Source: Trueperaceae bacterium (lineage in GTDB: Bacteria; Deinococcota; Deinococci; Deinococcales; Trueperaceae). Taken from it: a stretch of 64,000 nucleotides of DNA. The DNA is taken from assembly GCA_040905465.1 (NCBI GenBank), contig JBBDRK010000049.1:64001-128000 (forward strand). Reading direction: 5' to 3'. The notes under the pieces are model-generated. The model saw nothing but the letters and a program-made list of their open reading frames with translations. It did no database searches and was not told where the DNA came from. Shown here piece after piece: positions 37,697 to 47,008 of this stretch (position 1 is the stretch's first letter; each line of letters begins with the position of its first letter). The translations under genes were made by a program, and so were the position numbers.

Positions 37697-39858
37697 CCGG
37701 TCGCGGCTTCCGATCGAGCGCCGTCGCCCTCGATGATTGCCAGCTCTTTCGGCGGCAGGGTGAGTCGCCCGTCCCGCACTTCCGGCCCGACCAGCGTTCG
37801 ACCCGAGTCCGGCAAGTTCACTTCCCGCTCCTCGCCCGCATGGTTGAGCACGAACAGTAGCTGAGTGTCGCCCTGAAAGCGGCGAACGATCTCGATGCCT
37901 TCGGGAAACCGCTGCGCATTCTGAACCCCACTCGGCACAATCGCCGCCGTCGCGCCCTCTGCCGCCGCGCCTGCCGCCGCAACCCCCATCGGCTCGACCT
38001 CCGCCCGTTCTAACAACAGCTTGGCCACTCCTTCCAGCAGCACCCGGTCGCCGACCGTTCCCAGATAGAAGGCGGCGCCGCGACCAACCCGGTTCACGGT
38101 CAGCGCCGGCTTGCCCGAGTAGTACTGCCCACCGTAACGCGCCAGCACCTTGGCGCCGTCAGCGGCCAGGATGTCGCACCACACTGAACCCGAACCGGCG
38201 CTCGAAGCAGCGCCCGAAGCGGCGACGACTGATCCCGCACCCGAACCAGCGTCCGCACCATTGCGCGCGCCGCTCACGTTGACGCCAGCAACGAACGCAC
38301 CAGTCAACTCGATCGGAACGCTCACGCCTGCCGGCAGCGAGTCGTATTCCTCGACCGTCACGCCGCACAGTTCGGCCAGCAATCCGGGCAGCGGCCGCTC
38401 GACTACGGCGTTCGTCTCGTCCTTGACGCCGCTCCGCGCGGTCACCAGCAGCACCCCGCCCGCCGTCACGAAACGCTCCAGGTTGGCGGCGGTCTCGGCG
38501 GACAGGACGTAGAGGCTGGGCACGATGACCAACCGGTAGCGGGCCAGGTCGGTCTTCGGCGAGACGATGTCGACGGCGACCTGTTCTCGCGTCAACGCCC
38601 GGTAGAGGTCGTGGAACTGCGCGGCGTAATCGAACCTGGGGTTGTTGGGCTGGACCTGGAGGGCGAAACGGCTGTCGTAACAGAGCACCATCGCCACCTC
38701 GGCCCTGGTCTCGGACCCAGCGATCCGCTCCCCGATGGCCTTGATCTCGCTCCCCATGCGCTGAATCTCCCGGTAGCGCCGGCCGGGCCGGCCGTCGTGC
38801 TCGAGCAGCCCGTGCCAGTACTGTTCGGTTCCGTGCCGCGCGGTGCGCCAGCGAAAGAACACGATTCCGTCGGCCCCGTGGCCGATAGCCTGGTAAGCCC
38901 ACAACCGCAGCTCGCCCGGCCGGGGGGTAGCGCCGACGATGTCCCAGCCGCCCGGGCCGGCCTGCTGCTCCATCACCCAGAACGGCTTCCCTTTCAGCCC
39001 TCGCATGGCGTCGTGCCCCAGGGCCATGCGGCTGTGGTCGACGTCGCTCTCGATGTTCCAGAAGCCGCGCGGGTAGTTGTCCCACGACACCAGGTCGAGG
39101 TCGCGGACCAGTTCGAAGTAGTCGATCAGGTCGTACTTGAAGCCCATCAGGTTGTGGGTGATGAAGTGCTCGGGGCAGATCTCCCGCAGGATCTCCACCT
39201 GCTCACGTTGATAGTCGACATAGGAGTCCGAACAGAATCGACAGAAGTCGAGCGCCAGCCCCGGATTGGGCTTGCCGCCGGTGTCCAGCGGTACCGGGAT
39301 CTGCTCCCAGGCAGTGTACTCGTGGCTCCAGAAGGCCGTCCCCCAGCGCTCGTTGATCGCCTCCAGGGAGCCGAACCGCTCCCCGAGCCAGGTCCGGAAC
39401 GCTTCCGCCTGGTAGTCGCGGTCGCCGAACTCGTTGTCTACCTGCCAACCGATCACCGCCGGATGGTCGCGGTACCGCTCCGCCATGGCCGTGACGATCC
39501 GTCGGCTGTGCTCGCGGTAGGCGGCGTTGGTGGGACTGTAGTTGCGCCGGTGTCCATAGGTCACCCGCCGGCCGTCGGCGCGAGTCAGGAAGGAGTCCTG
39601 ATGCTCGGTCATCAGCCACGGCGGAGCGGATGCAGTGGGCGTGCCGAGGACGACCCGTATCTCCTGCTCGGCCAGGATCCCGATGGCGCTATCGAGCCAT
39701 TCGAACTCGAACTCGCCTTCGCGCGGCTCCATTCTCGACCAGGCGAACTCGGCCAGCCGCGCGACGTTCATTCCGGCCGCGGCCATCAGCCGCGCGTCCT
39801 CGCGCCACCTCTGTTCCGGCCAGTGCTCAGGATAGTAGTCGACACCGAAGTAGAACAT
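37693..39858 (-). CDS. GH42 beta-galactosidase (possibly alpha-L-arabinopyranosidase)
   Basis: GVDYYPEHW, AEFAWS, acid/base DNE, WGTAFWS, nucleophile WVMEQQ, FFRWR, GTEQYWHG. Confidence 0.93.
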   Translation of the reverse strand: MFYFGVDYYPEHWPEQRWREDARLMAAAGMNVARLAEFAWSRMEPREGEFEFEWLDSAIGILAEQEIRVVLGTPTASAPPWLMTEHQDSFLTRADGRRVTYGHRRNYSPTNAAYREHSRRIVTAMAERYRDHPAVIGWQVDNEFGDRDYQAEAFRTWLGERFGSLEAINERWGTAFWSHEYTAWEQIPVPLDTGGKPNPGLALDFCRFCSDSYVDYQREQVEILREICPEHFITHNLMGFKYDLIDYFELVRDLDLVSWDNYPRGFWNIESDVDHSRMALGHDAMRGLKGKPFWVMEQQAGPGGWDIVGATPRPGELRLWAYQAIGHGADGIVFFRWRTARHGTEQYWHGLLEHDGRPGRRYREIQRMGSEIKAIGERIAGSETRAEVAMVLCYDSRFALQVQPNNPRFDYAAQFHDLYRALTREQVAVDIVSPKTDLARYRLVIVPSLYVLSAETAANLERFVTAGGVLLVTARSGVKDETNAVVERPLPGLLAELCGVTVEEYDSLPAGVSVPIELTGAFVAGVNVSGARNGADAGSGAGSVVAASGAASSAGSGSVWCDILAADGAKVLARYGGQYYSGKPALTVNRVGRGAAFYLGTVGDRVLLEGVAKLLLERAEVEPMGVAAAGAAAEGATAAIVPSGVQNAQRFPEGIEIVRRFQGDTQLLFVLNHAGEEREVNLPDSGRTLVGPEVRDGRLTLPPKELAIIEGDGARSEAATG

Positions 39859-39980
39859 CGTTTTCCCTTTCGTTCCCTCGTTTTCGTTCCCTCGTTCGCG
39901 GAGCGGCGAAACGGCTCGGCAGGTTAGCTGGAGCACCTGGCCTTCGCTCCCCCGCGCCCGACCGATCGCCGATCCGCGAC

Positions 39981-40838
39981 CTAGCCCTTTACCGATCCGG
40001 TCATGATGCCCGCCACCAGGTAGCGCTGCAGCAGGAAGAAAACCACCAGCATCGGTATCACGCTGGCCACCGAACCTGCCATCAGCAGATCGAACGCCGT
40101 CCTGCCGGGCGGTCCCTGGAGCGAGTTGAGCATTATCGGCACGGTGTGCATCGAATCGGAACGCAGTACCGCCAGCGGCCACAGGAAGTTGTTCCAGGAT
40201 GCCATGAAGAAGATGATCCCGAGGCTGGCGAGCCCGGGCAGGCTGATGGGCAGGACTACACGCAGGAAGATACCGAACTCCGAAGCACCGTCGATACGGG
40301 CGGCGTCGAGCAGCTCCTCCGACACGGACAACATGTACTGACGCATGAAGAAGATGCCGAACGCGTTGGCTGCGCTGGGGACGATCAGCGGCCACGGTGT
40401 GTCTATCCAGCCGAAGGTGTTGCGCATCATCACGAACAGCGGCACCAGCAGAACGGCGAATGGGATCGTCATGGAGGCGAGCATGATGGTGAACAGCACG
40501 TTACGTCCGGGAAACCTGAATTTCGCGAAGGCGTAGCCACCGAGGGCACAGAGGAAGACAGACAGGCCGGTGGCGGCCGTCGCTATGTAGAAGGAGTTCC
40601 AGAACTTGCGCAGTGCATTGTGCTCCGCGAAGAGCCTCACGTAGTTGTCCAGGCTCGCGTTCTGCGGCAGGAACGTGCGGCCGGCGAAGATCTCCTCGAA
40701 CGGTTTGAGCGAGGACACCAGCATCCAGGTGAACGGGAATACCATGAACACGCACAAGGCCGTCAGCGCGGCGTAGCTGACGCCTTTGACCAGCAGGTCG
40801 CCGTGCCTGCGGCGGAGTCGGTGCCGGCTCGCCAGCAC
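39981..40838 (-). CDS. Carbohydrate ABC transporter permease
   Basis: ELLDAARIDGA, WNNFLWPL. Confidence 0.93.
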   Translation of the reverse strand: MLASRHRLRRRHGDLLVKGVSYAALTALCVFMVFPFTWMLVSSLKPFEEIFAGRTFLPQNASLDNYVRLFAEHNALRKFWNSFYIATAATGLSVFLCALGGYAFAKFRFPGRNVLFTIMLASMTIPFAVLLVPLFVMMRNTFGWIDTPWPLIVPSAANAFGIFFMRQYMLSVSEELLDAARIDGASEFGIFLRVVLPISLPGLASLGIIFFMASWNNFLWPLAVLRSDSMHTVPIMLNSLQGPPGRTAFDLLMAGSVASVIPMLVVFFLLQRYLVAGIMTGSVKG

Positions 40839-41777
40839 TTAGTCACCTCCCCTGTTCACCACGCGGAACTGCAATACCGCCAGCACGATTATGGTGATGA
40901 AGTAGACGTAGCTCATGGCGGCGGCGTACCCGAACCTGAGGCTGCCGAAGGTGTTGCTGAATATCTGCATCACCGGCGTCTCGGTCGCCCTGGTAGGTCC
41001 GCCTCGAGTGAGGATGTAGGGCTCGGTGAAAAGCTGAAAGGTCCCGATCACCGAGAGCGTTAGGGCGAAGACAATTACCGGCCGCAGCAACGGGACCGTG
41101 ATCCTCCAGAACACCTGAAGCCGGTTGGCGCCGTCGACCCGGGCCGCTTCGTTCACCTCGTTGGGAATCGTCTGCAGGCCGGAGAGCATGATTATCGTGT
41201 TGTAGCCGAGCCACGCCCAGATCATCAGCAGGCCCAGCGAGATCCTCGCCCACCAGGTGTCGTCGAGCCAGGGGACCGGGGAAACACCTAGCCAGGCCAG
41301 CGCAGTGTTGGCGAAACCGCTGTGGGTATCGAGGATGAGCCGGAATGTGAATCCGGCCGCCACCATCGAGGTGAGGTGAGGAAGGAATATCAGGGCGCGC
41401 CACATCCCCTGCAGTCGCAGGAAGCGGCCGTGGAGCATGGTGGCGATCACTACCGCCAGGAAAGTCATCAGCGGAACGTAGATGAAGAACAGGATGAGCG
41501 CGTTCAGCATCGAGTTCCAGAAGATACGGTCGCCCCACAGTCGGGCGTAGTTTGCCAGGCCGACAGGGCGCATTTCGCCCACACCACGCCAGTCGTGGAA
41601 ACTGAGATACAGCGAGAAGAAGATCGGGTAGAGGAGGAAGACGGCGAACAGGATGAAAAACGGGGAGATGAACAGGTAGGCCCAGCGGGACCGCCACATG
41701 GTTCCCAGCCTAACCCTGGGGGCGCCGGCCGCCCCGAGGGGGGCCGGCGATTTCCGTTGGTGACCGAGCTGGCTCAC
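40839..41777 (-). CDS. Carbohydrate ABC transporter permease
   Basis: GLANY, EAARVDGA, FGYAAA. Confidence 0.93.
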   Translation of the reverse strand: MSQLGHQRKSPAPLGAAGAPRVRLGTMWRSRWAYLFISPFFILFAVFLLYPIFFSLYLSFHDWRGVGEMRPVGLANYARLWGDRIFWNSMLNALILFFIYVPLMTFLAVVIATMLHGRFLRLQGMWRALIFLPHLTSMVAAGFTFRLILDTHSGFANTALAWLGVSPVPWLDDTWWARISLGLLMIWAWLGYNTIIMLSGLQTIPNEVNEAARVDGANRLQVFWRITVPLLRPVIVFALTLSVIGTFQLFTEPYILTRGGPTRATETPVMQIFSNTFGSLRFGYAAAMSYVYFITIIVLAVLQFRVVNRGGD

Positions 41778-41798
41778 GGTACCGGCCGGGTAGCCTGG

Positions 41799-43094
41799 TT
41801 AGCGGCGGCCGGTTCTCGACCGAATTTCGCGGGCGGCGCGAGCCAGGGCCTCCTCGGCCGTCTGGTCGCCTGCCGCGAAGCGCTGCAGCTCGGCGGACAT
41901 CAGGCTGTTCATCTCGGCGTAGTCGGCGCTGTAAACGCCGGCCTCAGGTATCTCCTGCACGACTTCGGCGAAGATTTCCCGCACCGCCTGATCCCCGTAG
42001 TACGGGTCGGGCTCGCTGAACAGTGCGGCGTCGTAGGTGGTGGCGAGGCTGGGGAAGAGGTCGAACTGGCGGTACATTTCCAGTTGCGATTCGGTACGAC
42101 CGAGGTGAAACTCCACGTACGCCCACGCCGCCTCCTGTTGGTCGCTCTCGGCGAAGATCGCCAGCGACGAGCCACCGTCGTTGCTGGCCTGCGAGCCACC
42201 GGCCTCCCAGGCCGGCAAGCGCATCACGCCCCAATTGCCTCCGGCATCGGGAGCAATCCAGCTCTTGAAAAAGGTGCCCATCCAGACGGCTCCGGGATGG
42301 CTGGCCACGCCACCGTCCGCGAAGTTCCGGTACCACGGGTCGGTCCACTCCTCGACGTCGACCGCGAGATCTTCATCCCAGAAACGATCCATGAACTCGA
42401 GGATCTCCCGGATCTCCGGCTCCTGGTCGAGGATCACGTTGCCGTCGGCATCCAGGTAGCCCAGGCCGCGCTGCCACATGAGCGTCTCGAAGGTCCGGCC
42501 GGTGTTGCGGGCGGTGGCCTGCTGCCACATCGGCACGCCGGTCTTCTCCTTGATGACCTTGGCGGCTTGGTAGTAGTCCTCCCAGGTCTCGATCGAGGCG
42601 GCGTCCACACCGGCCTGCTCGAAAACGTCGCGACGGTAGAAGAGCACCACCGGTCCGCTGTCCCAAGGCAGCGCGTAGTAGCGCCCGTCCACCCGCGCCT
42701 CGTCCCACTTGAACTCGTTCATGAGCGGCACGTACGGTTCGACCTGTTCGGTCAGGTCGCTGAGTATTCCCAGCTCGGCGAACTGCCGAAGGTGGGAGTT
42801 CTCGATCAGCGAGACGTCGGGCGCCCCGCCGGCAACGGCGGCCAACTGGATCTGCTGGTAGGTGTCCGTCGTGGGGCGAGCCACGTACTCGAGCTCGATG
42901 TTGGGGTAGAACTCCTGGAACTCGGCATCCAGCGCCTGAAGCGCTTCCAGCGGCCCTTCCCAAACCCAGATCTCGAGATTGGCCTCGATGTCCGGGGCAG
43001 GTGCCAGGTCGTCGGCCGGCGTCTGCGCCAGCGTCGTTGCTGCGAGCGCGAGCGAAAGAAGCAAGGCTGGCAGTCTCAACGTCATTCCGTGCAT
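41799..43094 (-). CDS. Carbohydrate ABC transporter substrate-binding protein
   Basis: Signal peptide TLA-Q, YALPWDSGP, FYRRDVF, NDGGS. Confidence 0.92.
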   Translation of the reverse strand: MHGMTLRLPALLLSLALAATTLAQTPADDLAPAPDIEANLEIWVWEGPLEALQALDAEFQEFYPNIELEYVARPTTDTYQQIQLAAVAGGAPDVSLIENSHLRQFAELGILSDLTEQVEPYVPLMNEFKWDEARVDGRYYALPWDSGPVVLFYRRDVFEQAGVDAASIETWEDYYQAAKVIKEKTGVPMWQQATARNTGRTFETLMWQRGLGYLDADGNVILDQEPEIREILEFMDRFWDEDLAVDVEEWTDPWYRNFADGGVASHPGAVWMGTFFKSWIAPDAGGNWGVMRLPAWEAGGSQASNDGGSSLAIFAESDQQEAAWAYVEFHLGRTESQLEMYRQFDLFPSLATTYDAALFSEPDPYYGDQAVREIFAEVVQEIPEAGVYSADYAEMNSLMSAELQRFAAGDQTAEEALARAAREIRSRTGRR

Positions 43095-43265
43095 GGCTAC
43101 TCCCGTCTGTGGACGTACCTGTCGTCCAGCTACCTGGTCGAAATTTCTAGCGGGCGAACTGCGGGACTACCTGCTATCTACCTCCATCTCCTGCTGCTCT
43201 ACGCTGGGCAGAACGAAAAGGCCGAACGCGTCGAAAACCTGTCGCCATGAGAGTGCGCCATTGAT

Positions 43266-43309
43266 TGTGAACGCCCACAGTATAGAGGGTGTAACGGAGA
43301 GTTTGTCAA
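43266..43309 (-). promoter_or_regulatory. Putative promoter (TTGACA-19-TATACT) and LacI operator TGTGAACGCCCACA for the sugar ABC operon
   Basis: -35 at 43304-43309 and -10 at 43279-43284 on the minus strand; imperfect lacO-like palindrome at 43266-43279. Confidence 0.6.
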
Positions 43310-43438
43310 GACACGCAGCCCAGCCTTGCAAACACCAGGAGAAGCCCCGGCTGCGCCCGCTTCACCTCCGTCCACCAATACTTTGTCCGTCGGGTACGCA
43401 GCGCCCTTCCGGCGATGCGCCTGCTGAATCTGGTAACA

Positions 43439-43480
43439 TTGACGCTCGCAAAGGGTCATGCTAGCCTGTGAGCGCTCACA
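43439..43480 (+). promoter_or_regulatory. Promoter (TTGACG-17-TAGCCT) followed by the perfect LacI operator TGTGAGCGCTCACA
   Basis: Perfect 14-bp palindrome at 43467-43480, directly upstream of the LacI gene. Confidence 0.75.
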
Positions 43481-43549
43481 GTATCCAGCCGAAGCAGGAA
43501 CGACTACAGGCATGGCCGCGCGAGCAGAGAGGCCCAAGAAATCAGGTCG

Positions 43550-44575
43550 ATGAAGCAGATTCGAGCCGGCTCAACTACTCTGAACGATGTCGCCGAGGAC
43601 GCGGGCGTCTCCTATCAGACCGTTTCGCGAGTGATCAACGGCCATCCGCATGTTGCGGCGGTGACGCGGCAACGGGTCCTCGACTCCGTCCGCAAGCTCG
43701 ACTACCGCCCCAACCTGATGGCCCGGGGCCTGGTAACCCGGCGCTCGCACACCATCGGCATCGTCACCTTCGGCTCCACCTATTACGGCCCGGCACAGAT
43801 GGTCGCGAACATCGATCGGGCTATCCAGGAGCGGGGATACCGGTTCGCCCCGACGACGATCCCCGAGATGAGCTTCGAGAGCCTGGCGGGAGCCGTCCAG
43901 GAACTACGGGAACGGGGCGTCGAAGGGATCGTGATGATCACGCCCATTCTCGACATCAACCTCGACCAGGTGCGCAACCTGTGCGCGGGCACTCCCTTCG
44001 TGATGATCGACATCGCCGTGGGCGCCCAGTTGCCGTCGGTCGTGATCGAGCAGCAACGCGGCGGCCGGCTGGCGACCGAGCACCTCCTGCAACTGGGGCA
44101 CAGACGACTGGCAGAGATCAGCGGCCCGCTGAACTGGTGCGATGCCAAACTGCGGCACGATGGCTGGATAGACGCCCACCGTGCGGCAGGGCTCTCGCCC
44201 GGGACGAGCGTCGAGAGCGACTGGAGTCCGCGCGGCGGCTACCTCGCTGCCAGGAGGCTGCTGGACGGCGGGACCACCTTCTCCGGCCTGGTGGTCGGGA
44301 ACGATCAGATGGCGCTGGGAGCCGTTCGCGCCCTCCGAGAACAGGGCGTGCGGATCCCGGAGGACGTGTCGGTAATCGGCTTCGACAACATTCCGGAGTC
44401 GGCTTTCTTCGAGCCGCCGCTCACCACGGTCGTACAGGACTTCGAGGCACTGGGCAGGCAGAGCGCGGAGTACCTCATCGCGCTGATCGAGTACCCCAAC
44501 ACGCCCGTCCATCAGCGGGTGCTCTATCCCGAGCTGGTGGTGCGCGGCAGTACCGGGAGATTGACCGAGCGGTGA
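43550..44575 (+). CDS. LacI family transcriptional regulator
   Basis: TLNDVAEDAGVSYQTVSRVIN, GNDQMALG, SVIGFDN, PPLTTV. Confidence 0.95.
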   Translation: MKQIRAGSTTLNDVAEDAGVSYQTVSRVINGHPHVAAVTRQRVLDSVRKLDYRPNLMARGLVTRRSHTIGIVTFGSTYYGPAQMVANIDRAIQERGYRFAPTTIPEMSFESLAGAVQELRERGVEGIVMITPILDINLDQVRNLCAGTPFVMIDIAVGAQLPSVVIEQQRGGRLATEHLLQLGHRRLAEISGPLNWCDAKLRHDGWIDAHRAAGLSPGTSVESDWSPRGGYLAARRLLDGGTTFSGLVVGNDQMALGAVRALREQGVRIPEDVSVIGFDNIPESAFFEPPLTTVVQDFEALGRQSAEYLIALIEYPNTPVHQRVLYPELVVRGSTGRLTER

Positions 44576-44604
44576 CATCACCAGCGGACACCAAGGAGGG
44601 CGAT

Positions 44605-46299
44605 GTGCCAACCGACCGATTCACGATAGGACTCGACTTCGGCACTGAATCCGGGAGGGCGCTGCTGGTGCGCGTAAGCGACGGTGAGGAGGTCGCTACC
44701 TCGGTCCACCCGTATCGCCATGGGGTGATAGCGGAGCGACTGCCCAACGGCGGCCAGCGGCTGCCTCCGGACTGGGCGCTGCAGCACCCCGGTGACTATC
44801 TCGAGGTGGTGAAGCGTACCGTTCCCGAGGTGCTCGCCCGTTCGGGGGTTGCGCCCGAGCAGGTGATCGGCGTGGGGATAGACTTCACCTCCTGCACCAT
44901 GCTCCCCACCAAGCGAGACGGGACCCCGCTGTGTGAGCTCGAGGAGTTTCGCGACCGGCCGCATGCCTGGGTGAAGCTCTGGAAGCACCACGCCGCCCAG
45001 CCGCAGGCCGACCGGATCAACGAGGTCGCCCGGCAGCGGGGTGAAGAGTGGCTGACGCGTTACGGCGGCAAGATCAGCAGCGAGTGGTTTTTCAGCAAGG
45101 CCCTGCAGATCCTCGAGGAGGCCCCGGAGATCTACGCTGCAGCCGATCGGCTGATCGAGGCAGCCGACTGGCTGGTGTGGCAACTAACCGGCGTGGAGAC
45201 TCGAAACTCCTGCACTGCCGGATACAAGGCGATGCGCCAGGACGGAGAATTTCCGTCTCCCGATTACTTCGCCGCCCTCCACCCAGAATTCGCGCACGTC
45301 GTCGACGAAAAGATGATGCGCGAGCTGCTCGACCTGGGCGAGCGCGCAGGCGGCCTGAGCGATGTTGCGGCCGGCTGGACCGGGTTGCCGCCAGGGATAG
45401 CCATCGCGGTAGCCAATGTCGACGCCCACGTAACAGTGCCGGCTACCGGGACGGTCGAGCCGGGCACTATGGTGATGATCATGGGAACCAGTACCTGCGA
45501 CGTGCTGGTGAGTGACGAGCGCCGCGAGGTGGAAGGCATGTGTGGAGTAGTCAGCGACGGGATCGTACCGGGGCATTACGGCTACGAGGCGGGGCAGAGC
45601 GGCGTAGGCGACATCTTCGCCTGGTACCTGGAGAACGCGGTGCCTGCCGAGTATCACGAGCGGGCGACGCAGGAAGGAATCGACCTGCACGAGTTGCTGG
45701 AGCGGGAAGCCGGCGGCCAGTTGCCGGGACAGCACGGACTTCTGGCCCTCGATTGGCACGGCGGCAATCGCAGCGTGCTGGTTGACGCCGAACTGAGCGG
45801 GCTACTCGTGGGAATGACCTTGGCCACGACGGCGCCCGATATCTACCGAGCCCTGCTGGAAGCGACCGCCTTCGGCACCAGAGTGATCATCGAGGCGTTC
45901 GAAACCGGCGGGGTTCCGGTCCGCAAACTGGTAGCGGCAGGCGGCCTGCCTGCCCGGAATCCGCTGATGATGCAGATCTACGCCGACGTGCTGAACCGAG
46001 AAATCTCGGTTATCCGCAGCGAGCAGGGCCCGGCGCTCGGTTCGGCAATTCACGCCGCGGTAGCGGCAGGCGCCTACCCGGATATCGCCGCAGCAGCCAG
46101 GCACATGGGTGGGCTCAGCGACAAGACGTACCGGCCGAGGGCCGAAGACACCTCGATCTATGACGGGCTGTACCGCGACTACCGCTACCTGCACGACCTT
46201 TTCGGCCGTAGCGATCAGAGAGAACCGGGCGGCGTGATGAAGCGCTTGCGGGAACAGCGGCGCACAGCCATCCGTTCTCGCGAAGGAGCGACGGTGTGA
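44605..46299 (+). CDS. araB: Ribulokinase
   Basis: IGLDFGTESGR, DFTSCT, KLWKHHAAQ, YGGKISSEW, MGTSTC, YEAGQS. GTG start after GGAGG. Confidence 0.93.
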   Translation: MPTDRFTIGLDFGTESGRALLVRVSDGEEVATSVHPYRHGVIAERLPNGGQRLPPDWALQHPGDYLEVVKRTVPEVLARSGVAPEQVIGVGIDFTSCTMLPTKRDGTPLCELEEFRDRPHAWVKLWKHHAAQPQADRINEVARQRGEEWLTRYGGKISSEWFFSKALQILEEAPEIYAAADRLIEAADWLVWQLTGVETRNSCTAGYKAMRQDGEFPSPDYFAALHPEFAHVVDEKMMRELLDLGERAGGLSDVAAGWTGLPPGIAIAVANVDAHVTVPATGTVEPGTMVMIMGTSTCDVLVSDERREVEGMCGVVSDGIVPGHYGYEAGQSGVGDIFAWYLENAVPAEYHERATQEGIDLHELLEREAGGQLPGQHGLLALDWHGGNRSVLVDAELSGLLVGMTLATTAPDIYRALLEATAFGTRVIIEAFETGGVPVRKLVAAGGLPARNPLMMQIYADVLNREISVIRSEQGPALGSAIHAAVAAGAYPDIAAAARHMGGLSDKTYRPRAEDTSIYDGLYRDYRYLHDLFGRSDQREPGGVMKRLREQRRTAIRSREGATV

Positions 46300-46341
46300 T
46301 GCGCTGGCGAAGAGAGCCCGCGATCCAGACGAGGTGGTGGT

Positions 46342-46992
46342 GTGAGCATCGATGATCTGGCGCAGGAGGTGTGCGCCTTGCACGCCTACCTCCCAGCCAA
46401 CAACCTCGTCGCCTGGACCAGTGGCAACATAAGCGGCCGCGATCCCGGCGGCGACACCATGGTGATCAAACCCAGCGGGGTGATGTTCGAAGATCTGACA
46501 CCGGAAAACATGTGCCGCATCGACACGACCAGCCTCGAGCACGCCGGTTCGCACAAGCCCAGCTCCGACGCGGCCACGCACGCCCACATCTACCGACACA
46601 TGCCCGCCGTGGGCGGGATCGTGCATTCGCATAGCCCCTATGCCACTGCCTGGGCGGTCCTCGGGCGGGAGATACCGTGCGTGCTCACGGCCATGGCCGA
46701 CGAGTTCGGCGGCCCAATACCCTGCGCCGGTTTCGCCCGTATCGGCGGCGAAGAGATCGGCCGAGAGGTGGTGCGGACGCTGACCGGGCACAGTTCTCCC
46801 GCGGTGCTGTTGCAGAACCACGGCGTTTTCGCTATCGGCCAGACTCCCCGAGACGCCGTCAAGGCCGCGGTGATGTGCGAGGATGCCGCCAGGACGGTTT
46901 ATCTGGCAATGCAGTTGGGCGTACCGAGAACTATCGAGCCGGAGGACATCGCCAGCCTCCACCGCCGCTACATCGACGACTATGGTCAATAG
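46342..46992 (+). CDS. araD: L-ribulose-5-phosphate 4-epimerase
   Basis: WTSGNIS, IKPSGV, KPSSD, VHSHS, LQNHG, YGQ C-terminus; lies between araB and araA. Confidence 0.9.
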   Translation: MSIDDLAQEVCALHAYLPANNLVAWTSGNISGRDPGGDTMVIKPSGVMFEDLTPENMCRIDTTSLEHAGSHKPSSDAATHAHIYRHMPAVGGIVHSHSPYATAWAVLGREIPCVLTAMADEFGGPIPCAGFARIGGEEIGREVVRTLTGHSSPAVLLQNHGVFAIGQTPRDAVKAAVMCEDAARTVYLAMQLGVPRTIEPEDIASLHRRYIDDYGQ

Positions 46993-47008
46993 CACCCCGG
47001 GGAGACAG

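Noticed and set aside
37693-40395. 900-aa GH42 with a long N-terminal extension
   Set aside because: The extension overlaps the permease gene in another frame. The GH42 motif starts at ATG 39858.
41322-43250. Long ORFs opposite real genes (also 5059-6096, 11896-13128, 38611-39927, 39630-41063, 58213-59730)
   Set aside because: Stop-poor antisense or alternate frames typical of high-GC DNA, with no family motifs.
43468-46299. 943-aa ORF suggesting a large fusion to ribulokinase
   Set aside because: The first ~380 codons are an off-frame overlap of the LacI gene. araB has its own RBS and GTG at 44605.
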